Positions 9,837 to 22,356 are shown, counted from the stretch's first letter. The stretch is DNA of 64,000 bases from an uncultured Gammaproteobacteria bacterium (GCA_964491475.1 CAZBFO010000001.1:110720-174719), one strand, 5' to 3'. Notes: generated from the letters alone by a model not told the origin. Program-made: numbers and translations.

Positions 9837-11696
9837 TTACTTGGTCAGTCCAAGCTCCTTGGCCAACGCCTCGGCATCGGACACCAGGCGTTCCATGCTC
9901 ACCTTGATGCCGTCCTCCCAGAAGGTCTGCGAGGTCGGGTCGAGGCCGAACGGCGCCAGGAGCTCCTTGGCGTCCTTGGTGCCGCCGGCGCGGAGCATCT
10001 CGAGGTACAGCGGCTCGAACTTCTCGCCCAGGCGCGGACGGGCCGCGTACAGCGACTGCGTCAGTAGCTCGCCGAAGGCGTAACCGTAGACGTAGAACGG
10101 GCGGTGGAAGTGGCCGACGTAGGCCCACAGGTGCGAAGTGTCTTCGTAACTGAACACTTCGCCCGGTTTGCCGTAGAGCGGGTAGAGCGACTCCTGCCAG
10201 AGCCGGTCGAGCTCGTCGGCGGAATGCTTGGCCACGGGGCCCCACGAACTGGTCTCGAAGTTCCAGCCGTGGATGCGGCGCTCGAAGTTGGAGAAGCCGA
10301 TCTGGCGCACCACCGTGTTGGTGACGTCGTTCAGCTTGTCCATGATCAGCGCCAGCTTGGCCTTCTTGGCGTTTTCGTCCGGGCTCTTGTCGAGCTCGGA
10401 CATCAGGTAGTTGAAGGTGGTCATCTCGCCGAAGACCGATGCGGTCTCGCACAGCGCGATGGGCGCGTGGGACATCAGCGGTCCTTGGGCCTCGCCGGCC
10501 AGCAGCCCATGGACGCCGTGACCCAGCTCGTGCGCCAAGGTCATGACGTCGCGTCCCGAACCTTGGTAGTTCAGGAAGGTGAACGAGGCGGCGGAAGCGT
10601 CGGGCAGCGAGAACGAGTAGTTGTACGCTCCTCCGCGTCGGCCCTTCATGGCCGGCGCATCGATCCAGCCCTTGCCAGCGCTCTTCTCGACCAGCGAGGC
10701 CAGCGTCGGGCTGAAGCTGCGATAGGCCGAGAGGACGATCTCCATGGCCTTGTTCCACGGCAGCTTGGTGTTGTCCGCGAAAGGCATCGGGGCGTTGCGG
10801 TCGCTCCAGGCCAGCACCTTCCTGCCGAAGATGTCGGCTTTGAGGCGATAGAAGCGCTGGGCGATCGGTCCGGCCTTTTCGGTGACGGCCTGGTGCAGCG
10901 CGTCGACCACGGCGTCGGGCAGCTGGCTGGACTTGTTGCGCGAGTCCATCGGGTGGGCGTACTTGCGGTCCTTGTCCTCGACTTCGCCGGAACCGGTCAC
11001 CATGTACAAGGTCTGTGCCGAGTACTTGGCAAAGGCCCCGCCGAGCCCGTCGTTGGTCACCTTGAGCGCGGCCGCGCGTTCAGCGGAGTCGGTGCTCTCG
11101 CTCAAGACGTGCAGGATTTCCGTCAGCGACAGCTCTTCATCCTTCCAGGCAAAGCGCAGGTCGGCTTCGAACTCGTCGAAGAACTCGGCCCACGAACCCG
11201 AACCGAACGGCGAACGCTTGGTCAGGGCCGACTCGACCACTTCGGTCAGCACGTGCGGCTTGAACAGGCGGACCTGCTTGAGCCAGGGGAGGTGCTTTTT
11301 GACCACCTCGTCCTTGGCGGCATGCGCGGCGATGACCGCGTCATCCAGCTCCACGAGCTCCAAAGTGAAGAACTCCATGTACTCGGCGCTCGCTTGACTG
11401 ACGGCCTTGTCGAGCTTGGCGGACTTGGTCTTGGCGGCCGCGTCGCCGGTGTTGACGCTGGTCAGGAAGAACAGGTAAGCGCCGGTCTTGGCGCTCATCA
11501 GCTGCATCTGGGTGTAGTCGCGGATGGCCTGGCCGAGGGTCTCCTTGAGCTTGCCCTTGTGGGCGGCGTTGAAGGCCTTGGCGCGGGCAATCCAGGCGTC
11601 GGTGTCGGCCTCGATGGTCGGGTCGTCGACGCCCTTGTAGAGCTGCGACAGGTTCCAGCGGACGTTTTCGGCCCCCGTGGCGGGGGCTTTGGACAT
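9837..11696 (-). CDS. pepF: M3B oligoendopeptidase F
   Basis: VRWNLSQLY N-terminus, GRRGGAY, TLAHELGHGVH (HExxH), ETASVFGE and PFYVYGYAFG. Confidence 0.92.
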   Translation of the reverse strand: MSKAPATGAENVRWNLSQLYKGVDDPTIEADTDAWIARAKAFNAAHKGKLKETLGQAIRDYTQMQLMSAKTGAYLFFLTSVNTGDAAAKTKSAKLDKAVSQASAEYMEFFTLELVELDDAVIAAHAAKDEVVKKHLPWLKQVRLFKPHVLTEVVESALTKRSPFGSGSWAEFFDEFEADLRFAWKDEELSLTEILHVLSESTDSAERAAALKVTNDGLGGAFAKYSAQTLYMVTGSGEVEDKDRKYAHPMDSRNKSSQLPDAVVDALHQAVTEKAGPIAQRFYRLKADIFGRKVLAWSDRNAPMPFADNTKLPWNKAMEIVLSAYRSFSPTLASLVEKSAGKGWIDAPAMKGRRGGAYNYSFSLPDASAASFTFLNYQGSGRDVMTLAHELGHGVHGLLAGEAQGPLMSHAPIALCETASVFGEMTTFNYLMSELDKSPDENAKKAKLALIMDKLNDVTNTVVRQIGFSNFERRIHGWNFETSSWGPVAKHSADELDRLWQESLYPLYGKPGEVFSYEDTSHLWAYVGHFHRPFYVYGYAFGELLTQSLYAARPRLGEKFEPLYLEMLRAGGTKDAKELLAPFGLDPTSQTFWEDGIKVSMERLVSDAEALAKELGLTK

Positions 11697-11852
11697 GGCG
11701 TTTGCTTCCTCGTTTGCGAATCGTAAAGAACGGACGGCAGAGATGGAGTGGTTTTTCATGCAAATCTCAATGCAAAAAGCAATGCTGGCACTATACCCGT
11801 TGGTTCGGGAAGTGTGGAGTGCCGTTTTTGAGAAGCGTAGTAAGTCGCACCG

Positions 11853-11881
11853 TTGACAAAATGCCAAAAAAGCGCTAATTT
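11853..11881 (+). promoter_or_regulatory. Sigma70-type promoter
   Basis: TTGACA-N17-TAATTT upstream of the CDS at 11911. Confidence 0.6.
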
Positions 11882-11910
11882 TTGCGGTCGGGATACTTTT
11901 CCGACGGAGG

Positions 11911-12717
11911 GTGTTGAACGTGTCGAACGATCATGACCCCGCAAGGCTCCTTTCCGAAATCATTCTCGACCCCGACAACATGGACTTGCGGCAAGCGTAT
12001 GCTGCCGCCATCGCCCCATCGGACCCCGAGCGCGCCGAGTATGTCCGGCTTTCGCTCGAAACCATCGAGGCCGCTCAGCTCGCCGATCCCGACATGGGGT
12101 CGCGGCTGAAGCTGAATCAGCTGCGGAAGCTCTTGGGCGAAAACCGCGGACGCTGGATCAAGGCGCTTGCTCCTCATGTCCGGAACGCGGAGTTCTGGAG
12201 GGGCTTCGTCGAAATGGCGACGGTAAGCGCGCAATCGTTTATTGCGAGCGGTGAACGCCTGGTCACGATGGCGCCCATTCAGCATCTCGACGTGCATCCG
12301 TGGGGCGGCGTCGACGCGCGGCGATTCTGCGGCATGCAAGCGCTGGCGCGCATGAAGTCGCTCGTTCTGGCCAGCAACGGCTTGCGAGACGACTTCCTCG
12401 AAGCGTTGGTGCAGAGTCCGTACGTCGCGAACCTGCGCTACATCAGCTTGCGGTCGAACGGGTTCACCAAGAAGGGCGTACGCCTTCTTGCCGAGTCAGC
12501 GAACTTTCCGTCGTTGCGCTGGGTGGACCTCTCCAACACCGACTTTCCCGCGTCCGATACGGTCTTCGTGTTCGAAGACGGCAGCGTGTCGCTGCCCATC
12601 GTCGCGGACGAGGCGAGGGAGATCGAGGCGGAGATTGGTCGTCGTGTGCCGTGGCTGCACTATCCGACGCCACCGACCTGCATCTGGGACATGCATCCGA
12701 ATCCTTTTCGCCTGTAG
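11911..12717 (+). CDS. TIGR02996-like N-terminal domain plus leucine-rich repeats
   Basis: LLSEIILDPDNMDLRQAYA...DPERAEYVRL, FWRGFVE and LRR units (LVLASNGL, ISLRSNGF, VDLSNT). The start may be the GTG at 11920. Confidence 0.72.
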   Translation: MLNVSNDHDPARLLSEIILDPDNMDLRQAYAAAIAPSDPERAEYVRLSLETIEAAQLADPDMGSRLKLNQLRKLLGENRGRWIKALAPHVRNAEFWRGFVEMATVSAQSFIASGERLVTMAPIQHLDVHPWGGVDARRFCGMQALARMKSLVLASNGLRDDFLEALVQSPYVANLRYISLRSNGFTKKGVRLLAESANFPSLRWVDLSNTDFPASDTVFVFEDGSVSLPIVADEAREIEAEIGRRVPWLHYPTPPTCIWDMHPNPFRL

Positions 12718-12752
12718 AATGCAGGCCCGTTGCGGCTTATCAGGAACACCTT

Positions 12753-12781
12753 CAGGAACATCTTCGGGTGTTCCTGTTTTT
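12753..12781 (+). terminator. Intrinsic terminator with UUCG loop
   Basis: CAGGAACATC-TTCG-GGTGTTCCTG-TTTTT; the 5' arm is duplicated at 12741-12750. Confidence 0.75.
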
Positions 12782-12812
12782 ATTACGAAGGAAAGGGTAT
12801 GCTGACGGACGT

Positions 12813-13151
12813 ATGCGCCTACTCCTGCACATCCTGACCAACACTTTGGCCGTCGTCGTGGCGGCGTATCTGCTGCCCGGCATCGTCATAGACGGGTACC
12901 TTACGGCCCTCGTCGTGGCTGTCGTGCTCGGCGTCGTCAACGCCGTGGTCAAGCCGATTTTGGTGGTGCTGACCTTTCCGGTCACCGTCGTGACCTTGGG
13001 ACTGTTCCTGTTCGTCATCAACGCGCTGATGGTGCTGTTGGTGGCTAAGATCGTCCCCGGATTCGCCGTTCGCGGATTCTGGTGGGCGCTGCTGTTCAGC
13101 CTGGTGGTCTCGGTCGTCACCTCGTTCCTGAACGCCATCGCCGCCGAATAG
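12813..13151 (+). CDS. 4-TM 'phage holin family' (YvlD-like) membrane protein
   Basis: LGVVNAVVKPILVVLTFPVTVVTLGLFLFVINA signature. Confidence 0.88.
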   Translation: MRLLLHILTNTLAVVVAAYLLPGIVIDGYLTALVVAVVLGVVNAVVKPILVVLTFPVTVVTLGLFLFVINALMVLLVAKIVPGFAVRGFWWALLFSLVVSVVTSFLNAIAAE

Positions 13152-13153
13152 CT

Positions 13154-13693
13154 ATGGCCGATGGAAAGCGTTGGACGCTCAAGCGCAACGCTCGCAGCCG
13201 GCGCCTATGGGTGCGGGTGCAGCGCGACGGCGCGGTGGTGGTCACCGCACCGGTTTTTGCGCCGCTTTCCGTCATTGATCGGTTTGTCCGCGACAAGTCC
13301 GAATGGATCGCCAAGACCGTGGCGCAGATGAGCCGCTACAAGGACGACGCCTTCCTCCCGCGTGACCGCCGCAGCTACCTGGCAAACAAGGAAAAGGCTA
13401 GGACGGCGGTCCGCGCGCTGCTCGCGCAGTACGCACCGCGGTACGGGTTTGCCTATCGGAACGTGTTCATCAAGAACATGCGTCGCAATTGGGGAAGCTG
13501 TTCGGAGTTGGGCAACCTGAACTTCAACTACAAGCTGGTGTTCCTGCCCGAACGACTGGCGGCGTACGTGGTGGTCCATGAGCTGTGCCACCTGGCCGTG
13601 TTCGATCACTCCAGGGCATTCTGGGAACTGGTGGCGCGCGAGATGCCGGACCACAAGAAGCTGCGACAGGAAATCCGCAAGTACCATGCATGA
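13154..13693 (+). CDS. YgjP/DUF45 (M48-like) zinc metalloprotein
   Basis: RNWGSCS, YVVVHELCHL and HSRAFW. Confidence 0.88.
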   Translation: MADGKRWTLKRNARSRRLWVRVQRDGAVVVTAPVFAPLSVIDRFVRDKSEWIAKTVAQMSRYKDDAFLPRDRRSYLANKEKARTAVRALLAQYAPRYGFAYRNVFIKNMRRNWGSCSELGNLNFNYKLVFLPERLAAYVVVHELCHLAVFDHSRAFWELVAREMPDHKKLRQEIRKYHA

Positions 13694-13725
13694 AAAAAGC
13701 CGACCCGCTGGGTCGGCTTCTGCGT

Positions 13726-14262
13726 TCAGTCGCGTTTGAGGCTCATGACGATGTAGTCGAAGTCGGCGGAGGCTTCGGCGTCGCGTTCCCTCGGCCAAAT
13801 CCCGAAGACTCGCGTCAACTCTTCCGGGTCACGATGCATGCGCACGAATGAGACCCGGACCGCCTCGTGCCTTCTGCCGCAGTGAAAGGCAGCAAAGACC
13901 CCCGCGGGATGCAGCCGCGCCGTCACCTTCGCGCACCGTTCCCCCTGATTTTTCATCACTTCTCTTTCGAAAAGGGCGACCTCGTAAGGCGTTTTCTCGG
14001 TGCGCTTTACGATCAGATAGGCACGAGCCTCATTCGCCGCATTTTCGAATGCGGCGAACAGGGGAATGTGCGTTTCTGTTTTCCCTTCCTCGGATCGGGG
14101 GTGCCATCCCTCCGGCATTTCCAGAGAAAGCGCTGCTGGCGTTCCCGAAAAGAGGTGCATTCGTGGGGTTTCGGTCGGGATGGAGTCGATGGGACCATGT
14201 TTGGCGCAAGCCGCCGACAAAAGTGCCATTGACATCAGGGCAAAAGACCTGGAAATTCGCAT
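13726..14262 (-). CDS. Lipoprotein, paralog A of the local family
   Basis: Lipobox LSAAC, MPEGW and C-terminal FGIWP...DAEASADFDYIV. Confidence 0.7.
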   Translation of the reverse strand: MRISRSFALMSMALLSAACAKHGPIDSIPTETPRMHLFSGTPAALSLEMPEGWHPRSEEGKTETHIPLFAAFENAANEARAYLIVKRTEKTPYEVALFEREVMKNQGERCAKVTARLHPAGVFAAFHCGRRHEAVRVSFVRMHRDPEELTRVFGIWPRERDAEASADFDYIVMSLKRD

Positions 14263-14454
14263 GTGCTGCCTCGTCTTTTCTTCCGTCCGTTTTTGACGTG
14301 TATCGCACACTGTATCATAAAATAGCTCCTCCGGCAAGTCCTCGAGGCCCGATTTTTCCACGTATTTACCATTTCTCGGTCTCGTGCTTTACTGGCTTTT
14401 AAGCGGCCATGTCGGTCGCCACAGACGTTCCGAAAGGAACAGGAGCCCTTTCCA

Positions 14455-15063
14455 ATGCACAAGACAGCTTTGCTACTGGCGTGCGTCGCTTTCGCGGCCA
14501 TCGGATGCGGTTCCCAGCCGCAACAGGCACCCGCACCCGCAACGCCCACCAAGATCGTCGGTACGCCGCAGCCTGCCGCACCGGCACCGCCGGCCGAGGA
14601 GCCGAAGCAGCCCCCGGCCGCCCAACAGCCCGAGGAGCCCGAGGAGCCGGCCGAGCCCGCCAAGCAGATCACCTGCAAGCTGCCCGGCGGTTGGGCCAGC
14701 ATCCCGTCGTCGCGGCTGCCCGAAGGCATCACCGCGGTGTACATCAACCCGGAAAAGCACGGCCAGGTCGTGGTCCGTCCTGCCCCCGAGGGCAAGACGA
14801 CCGCCGCGCAGGCAGAGATCCTCCACCAGCTGATCGCCAAGAACAACCAGGGCATCAAGCTCTCGAAGATCAGCAGCGCTGCGGACGGCAAGTCGTCTTC
14901 GTTCACCATCGATGCCGGCGAAGTGCACGCCAAGCTGGTAGTCCGCAGGCTCGGCGGGCCGGACGACACCTTCGCCTTCCTCGGCAAGTGGGAAGCCAAG
15001 AACGAGAAGGCCCTCGCGCCCGACGTCGACAAGATCATCAACGGAGCGGCGCTGCAAAAGTAG
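14455..15063 (+). CDS. Lipoprotein, paralog B
   Basis: AGGAG SD, lipobox AIGC, Pro/Glu linker, LPGGW and LGKWEAKNEKALAPDVDKII. Confidence 0.78.
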   Translation: MHKTALLLACVAFAAIGCGSQPQQAPAPATPTKIVGTPQPAAPAPPAEEPKQPPAAQQPEEPEEPAEPAKQITCKLPGGWASIPSSRLPEGITAVYINPEKHGQVVVRPAPEGKTTAAQAEILHQLIAKNNQGIKLSKISSAADGKSSSFTIDAGEVHAKLVVRRLGGPDDTFAFLGKWEAKNEKALAPDVDKIINGAALQK

Positions 15064-15138
15064 CCGGCGCGCCATCGCCTCGCGGATTCGCGAGGTTTTT
15101 TCTTTGCAAAAAATCCCGACGCGAGGTCGGGATGACGG

Positions 15139-15645
15139 TCATTTCGGATCGATGCTCAAGAAAATGGCAGCGAAGTCCTGGCTGGCCTTCTTGTCGCGTT
15201 CGGCGGCCCATTCGCCCTTGAGGATGAGCGCCGTCCCGTCCGGGTAATGGCGAACGGCCACGCGGCCGTGACGGCGAGGCGTGTCGAAGGGGAACGTGCC
15301 CTCCGAACCGTCGTCGGCCATGATGCCGTTTTGGCAGTGCCAACCTTGGACGGTCAGCATGCGGCAGAACTGCTGCAGCTCGAGTTCGAGCGACTTGACC
15401 GACTTGCCGACCATGATGTCGACGCGGGCGTCGATCGACTCGTTGAGGAGGGTCGAAGGCGATGCCCGTTTCCAGCCCTTGGGCAGCGTCATGGTCAGTT
15501 CACGGTCCAACGGTCGCGGCGGCGGACTGCCGTTGAGCTGCGCGTGCGCGCGTGGCGGTCTGGGACCGGACGCGGGCGGCGAACCGCCGCAGCCGCAGAC
15601 AAGTGCCACGACTCCGACCAGCAGCCATCGTCGCACCGCCGTCAT
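15139..15645 (-). CDS. Lipoprotein, paralog C
   Basis: Lipobox VCGC, Pro linker, LPKGW and KGEWAAERDKKASQDFAAIF; start overlaps the stop of paralog D. Confidence 0.72.
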   Translation of the reverse strand: MTAVRRWLLVGVVALVCGCGGSPPASGPRPPRAHAQLNGSPPPRPLDRELTMTLPKGWKRASPSTLLNESIDARVDIMVGKSVKSLELELQQFCRMLTVQGWHCQNGIMADDGSEGTFPFDTPRRHGRVAVRHYPDGTALILKGEWAAERDKKASQDFAAIFLSIDPK

Positions 15646-16160
15646 CGGTACTCCGCGGAGGCGGCGACGGCATCGACGGCCTTGCGGCCTTGGGCATCGG
15701 CCTCTTGCGGCCATTGGCCCATGACGACCACATGGAACGCGCCTTTTTCGAAATGCCGGACGACGATTTTTCCGCGCACCCCGCCGCGCCGCACCGCGAA
15801 CGCGGCCATGGCGCCGTCCGCGGACGCGGTGACTGCGGAACAGCGCATTCCGCCTTGGCGCAATATGCCGGCCAGAGCCTGGGCTTCGTCCCTGGCGTCC
15901 TCGTCCGCGGGGGACTTGGCGACCATGATCCGGGCGCGCAAGTCCTCGTTCACGCTGGAGATGGGCTGGCAGCCGACGGCCTTGGACATGTCGATGGGCG
16001 GCCATCCCGGAGGCATGGTGACCCGCAGATGCGGCTGTTCTGCCGGTAAGGGCGTAGCCGCTGCTGCTTTGGGCGGTTCCGTCGCGGCCGGAGCCGCGGG
16101 CGGTCTGGCGCATGCCGCAGTCATCAGCAGCGCCAACGCGAGCAAGGCTTGTTTGCACAT
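15642..16160 (-). CDS. Lipoprotein, paralog D
   Basis: GGAGG SD, lipobox TAAC, MPPGW and MGQWPQEADAQGRKAVDAV. Confidence 0.75.
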   Translation of the reverse strand: MCKQALLALALLMTAACARPPAAPAATEPPKAAAATPLPAEQPHLRVTMPPGWPPIDMSKAVGCQPISSVNEDLRARIMVAKSPADEDARDEAQALAGILRQGGMRCSAVTASADGAMAAFAVRRGGVRGKIVVRHFEKGAFHVVVMGQWPQEADAQGRKAVDAVAASAEYR

Positions 16161-16272
16161 GGGCGAACCCTCCGTTGTCCAATGAAAAGGAGCATGAACG
16201 CCACGATAGCACAGCCGCGGCGCGCGGCAACCTGCGCAAGAAAAAACCCGACGGCGAGGTCGGGTTGAGAGG

Positions 16273-16866
16273 TCACTCGACCTGCGTGGTCTTGACCATC
16301 GTGTCGAAGTCCTTGGCGGCCTGGGCGTCGTCGGCCTTGGCCCAGCGGCCATACAGCTGCACCTGGCAGCGGGCCGGACCGGCGAGGTCGCGGACGGCGA
16401 TCTTGCCCTTGGTCTTCTCGGTGGCGAAGGTGAAGGTCGCACCGGTACCATCGGCCAGCAGCTTGGAGGGCGTGCAGCTCCATCCCTGCCCGCTGCACAT
16501 CACGCCGATGATCCTGCCGACATGCTCGACGGCCGTCATTTTGGCGTTGACCTCGAAGTCCATCAGGACCAGCCCGCTGACCTCGGCATTGATCAGGCCG
16601 AGCTTCCACGGCTTGCGCACCAAGTTCTCCGGCGCTTGCGACCACGCCGGCGGCGTGTCGAAAGTCAGCTTGAACGACTTGGCGCCGGGCGTTTGGGTGT
16701 GCCCCGCGTGATTAGGCGGAAGCTTGGGCTTTTCCTCCGACTGGTGCGCAGGCGGCGGATCCGGCGGTGCGGCCGGGGAATTGGCCGGCTTGGGCGCAGG
16801 TGCGGCCTGACCGCAGGCGACCAGCAGGGCAACTGCGGAAAGCAAAATTGCCTGACGTTTGAACAT
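16273..16866 (-). CDS. Lipoprotein, paralog E
   Basis: GGAGG SD, lipobox LVAC, Pro linker, TPPAW and YGRWAKADDAQAAKDFDTMV. Confidence 0.78.
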   Translation of the reverse strand: MFKRQAILLSAVALLVACGQAAPAPKPANSPAAPPDPPPAHQSEEKPKLPPNHAGHTQTPGAKSFKLTFDTPPAWSQAPENLVRKPWKLGLINAEVSGLVLMDFEVNAKMTAVEHVGRIIGVMCSGQGWSCTPSKLLADGTGATFTFATEKTKGKIAVRDLAGPARCQVQLYGRWAKADDAQAAKDFDTMVKTTQVE

Positions 16867-17036
16867 CGTCTTCCTCCGATTGGGCAATAAGCCCAAGTGC
16901 AATCAAAGAACCACTGTTAGCCATACTCACCGATACCGTTTTGACTGTCAAATAAGCCAAAAAAGAAGCTGGGGACCGTGCCGGCAACCCAGTCAAAAAA
17001 ATGGCTTATTTTAGCCATAAAAGCGACCAAAAATCC

Positions 17037-17065
17037 TTGACAAAATGATCAAAATATGCTATAGT
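17037..17065 (+). promoter_or_regulatory. Near-consensus sigma70 promoter with extended -10
   Basis: TTGACA-N17-TATAGT with TG at the extended position. Confidence 0.75.
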
Positions 17066-17094
17066 ACAGGCACGATCAACAAGGAGATTGTCAA

Positions 17095-17334
17095 ATGAAT
17101 ACCACCAAGTTCGTTCTCGGTATCGCTCTCGCCCTTTCCACCCTCGTCGGTTGCTCCGGTCCTCTGGTCACCTTCTCCTACAAGGTGGTCGACCCGCCCG
17201 CTGAAAAGCGGTACCTCACGACGCACTGCGTCTCGAGCAGCAACTGCACCACCATCTACACCGATCCTGCAAAGGAAGAAAAAGAGCTCGAAGAGTACAA
17301 AAAGAACCACCCCCGCCCCAACCCCAACAAGTAA
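17095..17334 (+). CDS. Small lipoprotein (79 aa)
   Basis: AAGGAG SD, lipobox LVGC, a CxxxxC pair, own promoter and terminator. Confidence 0.75.
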   Translation: MNTTKFVLGIALALSTLVGCSGPLVTFSYKVVDPPAEKRYLTTHCVSSSNCTTIYTDPAKEEKELEEYKKNHPRPNPNK

Positions 17335-17401
17335 GCCGACTCCCACACTTAAACCGCCCTGCTTTGGCAGAGCGGTTTTTGAATCGGGCGAGGCGACGGG
17401 G

Positions 17402-18616
17402 TCAGCTGCGGATTTCTGAAAGTCGGGCCGTCACCGCGTCGATGAACGCTTCCGTCGTGGCCGGCTGGGCGACCTTGATGGTCGTCAGCGAGATCAGGTC
17501 CTTGGTCATGATGCCGCGGTCGATGCAGTCGATGGTGGCTTCTTCCAGGTTACGGGCGAACTCGACGACGTCGGGCGTGCCATCCAGCTCGCCGCGCTTG
17601 GCCAGCGCGCCGGCCCAGGCGAAGATGCTGGCGACGGAATTGGTCGAGGTCGGTTCGCCCTTGAGGTGCTTGTAGTAGTGGCGCTGCACGGTGCCGTGTG
17701 CCGCTTCGAACTCGAAGGCGCCGCCGGGACTGACCAGCACCGAAGTCATCAGGCCGAGGCTGCCGTATCCGGCGGCCAGCATGTCCGACATGACGTCGCC
17801 GTCGTAGTTCATGCAGGCCCAGAGCATGCCGCCCTCGCTGCGCATGATGCGCGCCACGATGTCGTCGATCAGGCCGTAGGAGTAGGCGACTCCCACGGCG
17901 GCAAGTTCCTCCTTTTTCGCCTCGACCTCTTCGCCGAAGATGGCGCGGAAGCGGGCGTGATAGGTCTTGGAGATGGTGTCTTTGGCACCGAACCAGATGT
18001 TCGTGTTCTCGGACAGGGCATAAGCGATGCAGGCCTGGGCGAACGAGCGGATGGAAGCGTCGGTGTTGTGAATGGCTTGCAGGATGCCGGGGCCTTTGAA
18101 CTTGGCGACGGGCACGCGCTGCTCGAGGCCGTTGGCCCCCTTGAATACCAACTCCGCTTCGCCGGCACCCCACGGCGCGAACTCCGCGTTCTTGTAGACG
18201 TCGCCATAGGCGTGGCGGGCGATGACGATGGGCTTGTTCCAGCCGCGGACCATCGGCGGGATGCTCTTCACAAGGATCGGCTTGCGGAAGACGGTGCCGT
18301 CGAGGATGCCGCGGATGGTGGCGTTCGGGCTGGGCCATTCCTTTGCCAGGGAGTATTCCTTGACGCGGTCGGCGTTGGGAGTGATGGTGGCGCACTTCAC
18401 GCCGACGCCGTGCTTGAGGATGGCGGCCGCCGAGTCTGCCGTGACCTTGTCGGCGGTCTCGTCGCGGTACTTGATACCGAGGTCATAGTATTCGAGCGTG
18501 ACGTCGAGGTGAGGAAGGATCAGTTTTTCCTTGATCAGCGCCCAAATGACGCGGGTCATCTCGTCGCCGTCCAGCTCGACCAAAGGGGTTTTCACGGTGA
18601 TCTTCTGTCGTGACAT
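17402..18616 (-). CDS. icd: NADP-dependent isocitrate dehydrogenase (type II, eukaryote-like)
   Basis: [33 protein letters not shown] and [11 protein letters not shown]. Confidence 0.95.
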   Translation of the reverse strand: MSRQKITVKTPLVELDGDEMTRVIWALIKEKLILPHLDVTLEYYDLGIKYRDETADKVTADSAAAILKHGVGVKCATITPNADRVKEYSLAKEWPSPNATIRGILDGTVFRKPILVKSIPPMVRGWNKPIVIARHAYGDVYKNAEFAPWGAGEAELVFKGANGLEQRVPVAKFKGPGILQAIHNTDASIRSFAQACIAYALSENTNIWFGAKDTISKTYHARFRAIFGEEVEAKKEELAAVGVAYSYGLIDDIVARIMRSEGGMLWACMNYDGDVMSDMLAAGYGSLGLMTSVLVSPGGAFEFEAAHGTVQRHYYKHLKGEPTSTNSVASIFAWAGALAKRGELDGTPDVVEFARNLEEATIDCIDRGIMTKDLISLTTIKVAQPATTEAFIDAVTARLSEIRS

Positions 18617-18688
18617 AATCGTGCAGGCTTTCTATACTGGAGTTGAGGTAACCGCGCACGGTTCTCGTGCGAGTTGACCAAGCATACC

Positions 18689-21388
<2,700 letters not shown>

Positions 21389-21444
21389 CCGGCTTTCCGA
21401 GAAGCAAAAAAAGACCGTCACGCGAGCGCGTGGCGGTTTTTCAG

Positions 21445-22356
21445 TCACTTCTTGTCGTCGTTTCCCGCATCGTCCTTCGTCTCGGGCAGGGGATACGCGT
21501 GCGGGAAACCGTGGGCTTGGCCCAAAGCGCGGTAGCGTGCGGCGCTCGCTTCGAGCTGCCGGGCGACCTGCTCGAGGTCGATGAACCGCAGGTCGTTGCG
21601 CACGGCCTCTTCTTTTTCCGCACGGCCGATGACCGTGGCGATGAACAGTATGCCGAACTCCAGCAAATGGTTGGGCGCGACGTTCGGGCAGTTGTGCTCC
21701 CAGAACAGGTCCTTGCCCTTCTTGTAGCCGGTCCCTTCGTTCACAGCCTGCTCGAGCGTCTCGATTGCGCAGCCGCCGGCGTCGCCGTTGGGCCAGCCGA
21801 GCGGCGTTTCGACCATCATGCGGATCATCATCCGGATTTCTTCGGGGAACCGGAAGTGCGGCACGTACGGCACCAGGATCATGCCGTTGAGGTCCAACCG
21901 CTCTTGCGCGAAAAGGCGCTTGACCGCGGCGAAGACCTCTTCGGGACGCTTGCCGAGAAGTTCGGCGGCTTCCTGCACGTAGAGGATGCCGGCATGGGCC
22001 TGTCCGAGGCATTCGCCCCCGGAGACCTTGCGGTGCGCCTCGAGGACTGCTGCCTCGATGCCGTTCTGCGCCAGCTCCAGGCGGAGGGCGACGGCCGCTT
22101 CGTTCTTGAGCGCGGTGCGGGCCACTTCCTTGGCCATGCATTTGCGCGGGTCGTTACGGAGCCTGTAGCCCTGGCCGCCGGCAAGCGGAATGGCGTCATA
22201 ATCGCAGACGCACACCAGCGTGGCGGCGCGGCGACCGTCCGGATCGTCCAGCCGTCCGTGCATGATGACGGCCACCTCGTGACCGCCGACTTCCCACGTC
22301 CTGACGACATCGTGCGCGCAGCCCGCGTCGTCGTCCAATTTGAAGTTTATGGGCAT
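21445..22356 (-). CDS. Hypothetical protein
   Basis: GAGG SD, typical codon usage, CxC...C motif near the N-terminus. Confidence 0.65.
   Translation of the reverse strand: MPINFKLDDDAGCAHDVVRTWEVGGHEVAVIMHGRLDDPDGRRAATLVCVCDYDAIPLAGGQGYRLRNDPRKCMAKEVARTALKNEAAVALRLELAQNGIEAAVLEAHRKVSGGECLGQAHAGILYVQEAAELLGKRPEEVFAAVKRLFAQERLDLNGMILVPYVPHFRFPEEIRMMIRMMVETPLGWPNGDAGGCAIETLEQAVNEGTGYKKGKDLFWEHNCPNVAPNHLLEFGILFIATVIGRAEKEEAVRNDLRFIDLEQVARQLEASAARYRALGQAHGFPHAYPLPETKDDAGNDDKK

Noticed and set aside
12741-12776. Attenuator switch from the duplicated CAGGAACA arm
   Set aside because: Either arm pairs with the same 3' arm before the U-tract, so both folds terminate. A small local duplication is more likely.
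12813-13151. Prophage suggested by the 'phage holin family' gene
   Set aside because: This 4-TM family is commonly chromosomal, and no integrase, terminase, capsid or adjacent endolysin is present.
13726-16866. Diversity-generating retroelement or shufflon behind the lipoprotein paralogs
   Set aside because: No near-identical TR/VR pair, reverse transcriptase, recombinase or repeated crossover sites seen; similarity is at protein-motif level only.
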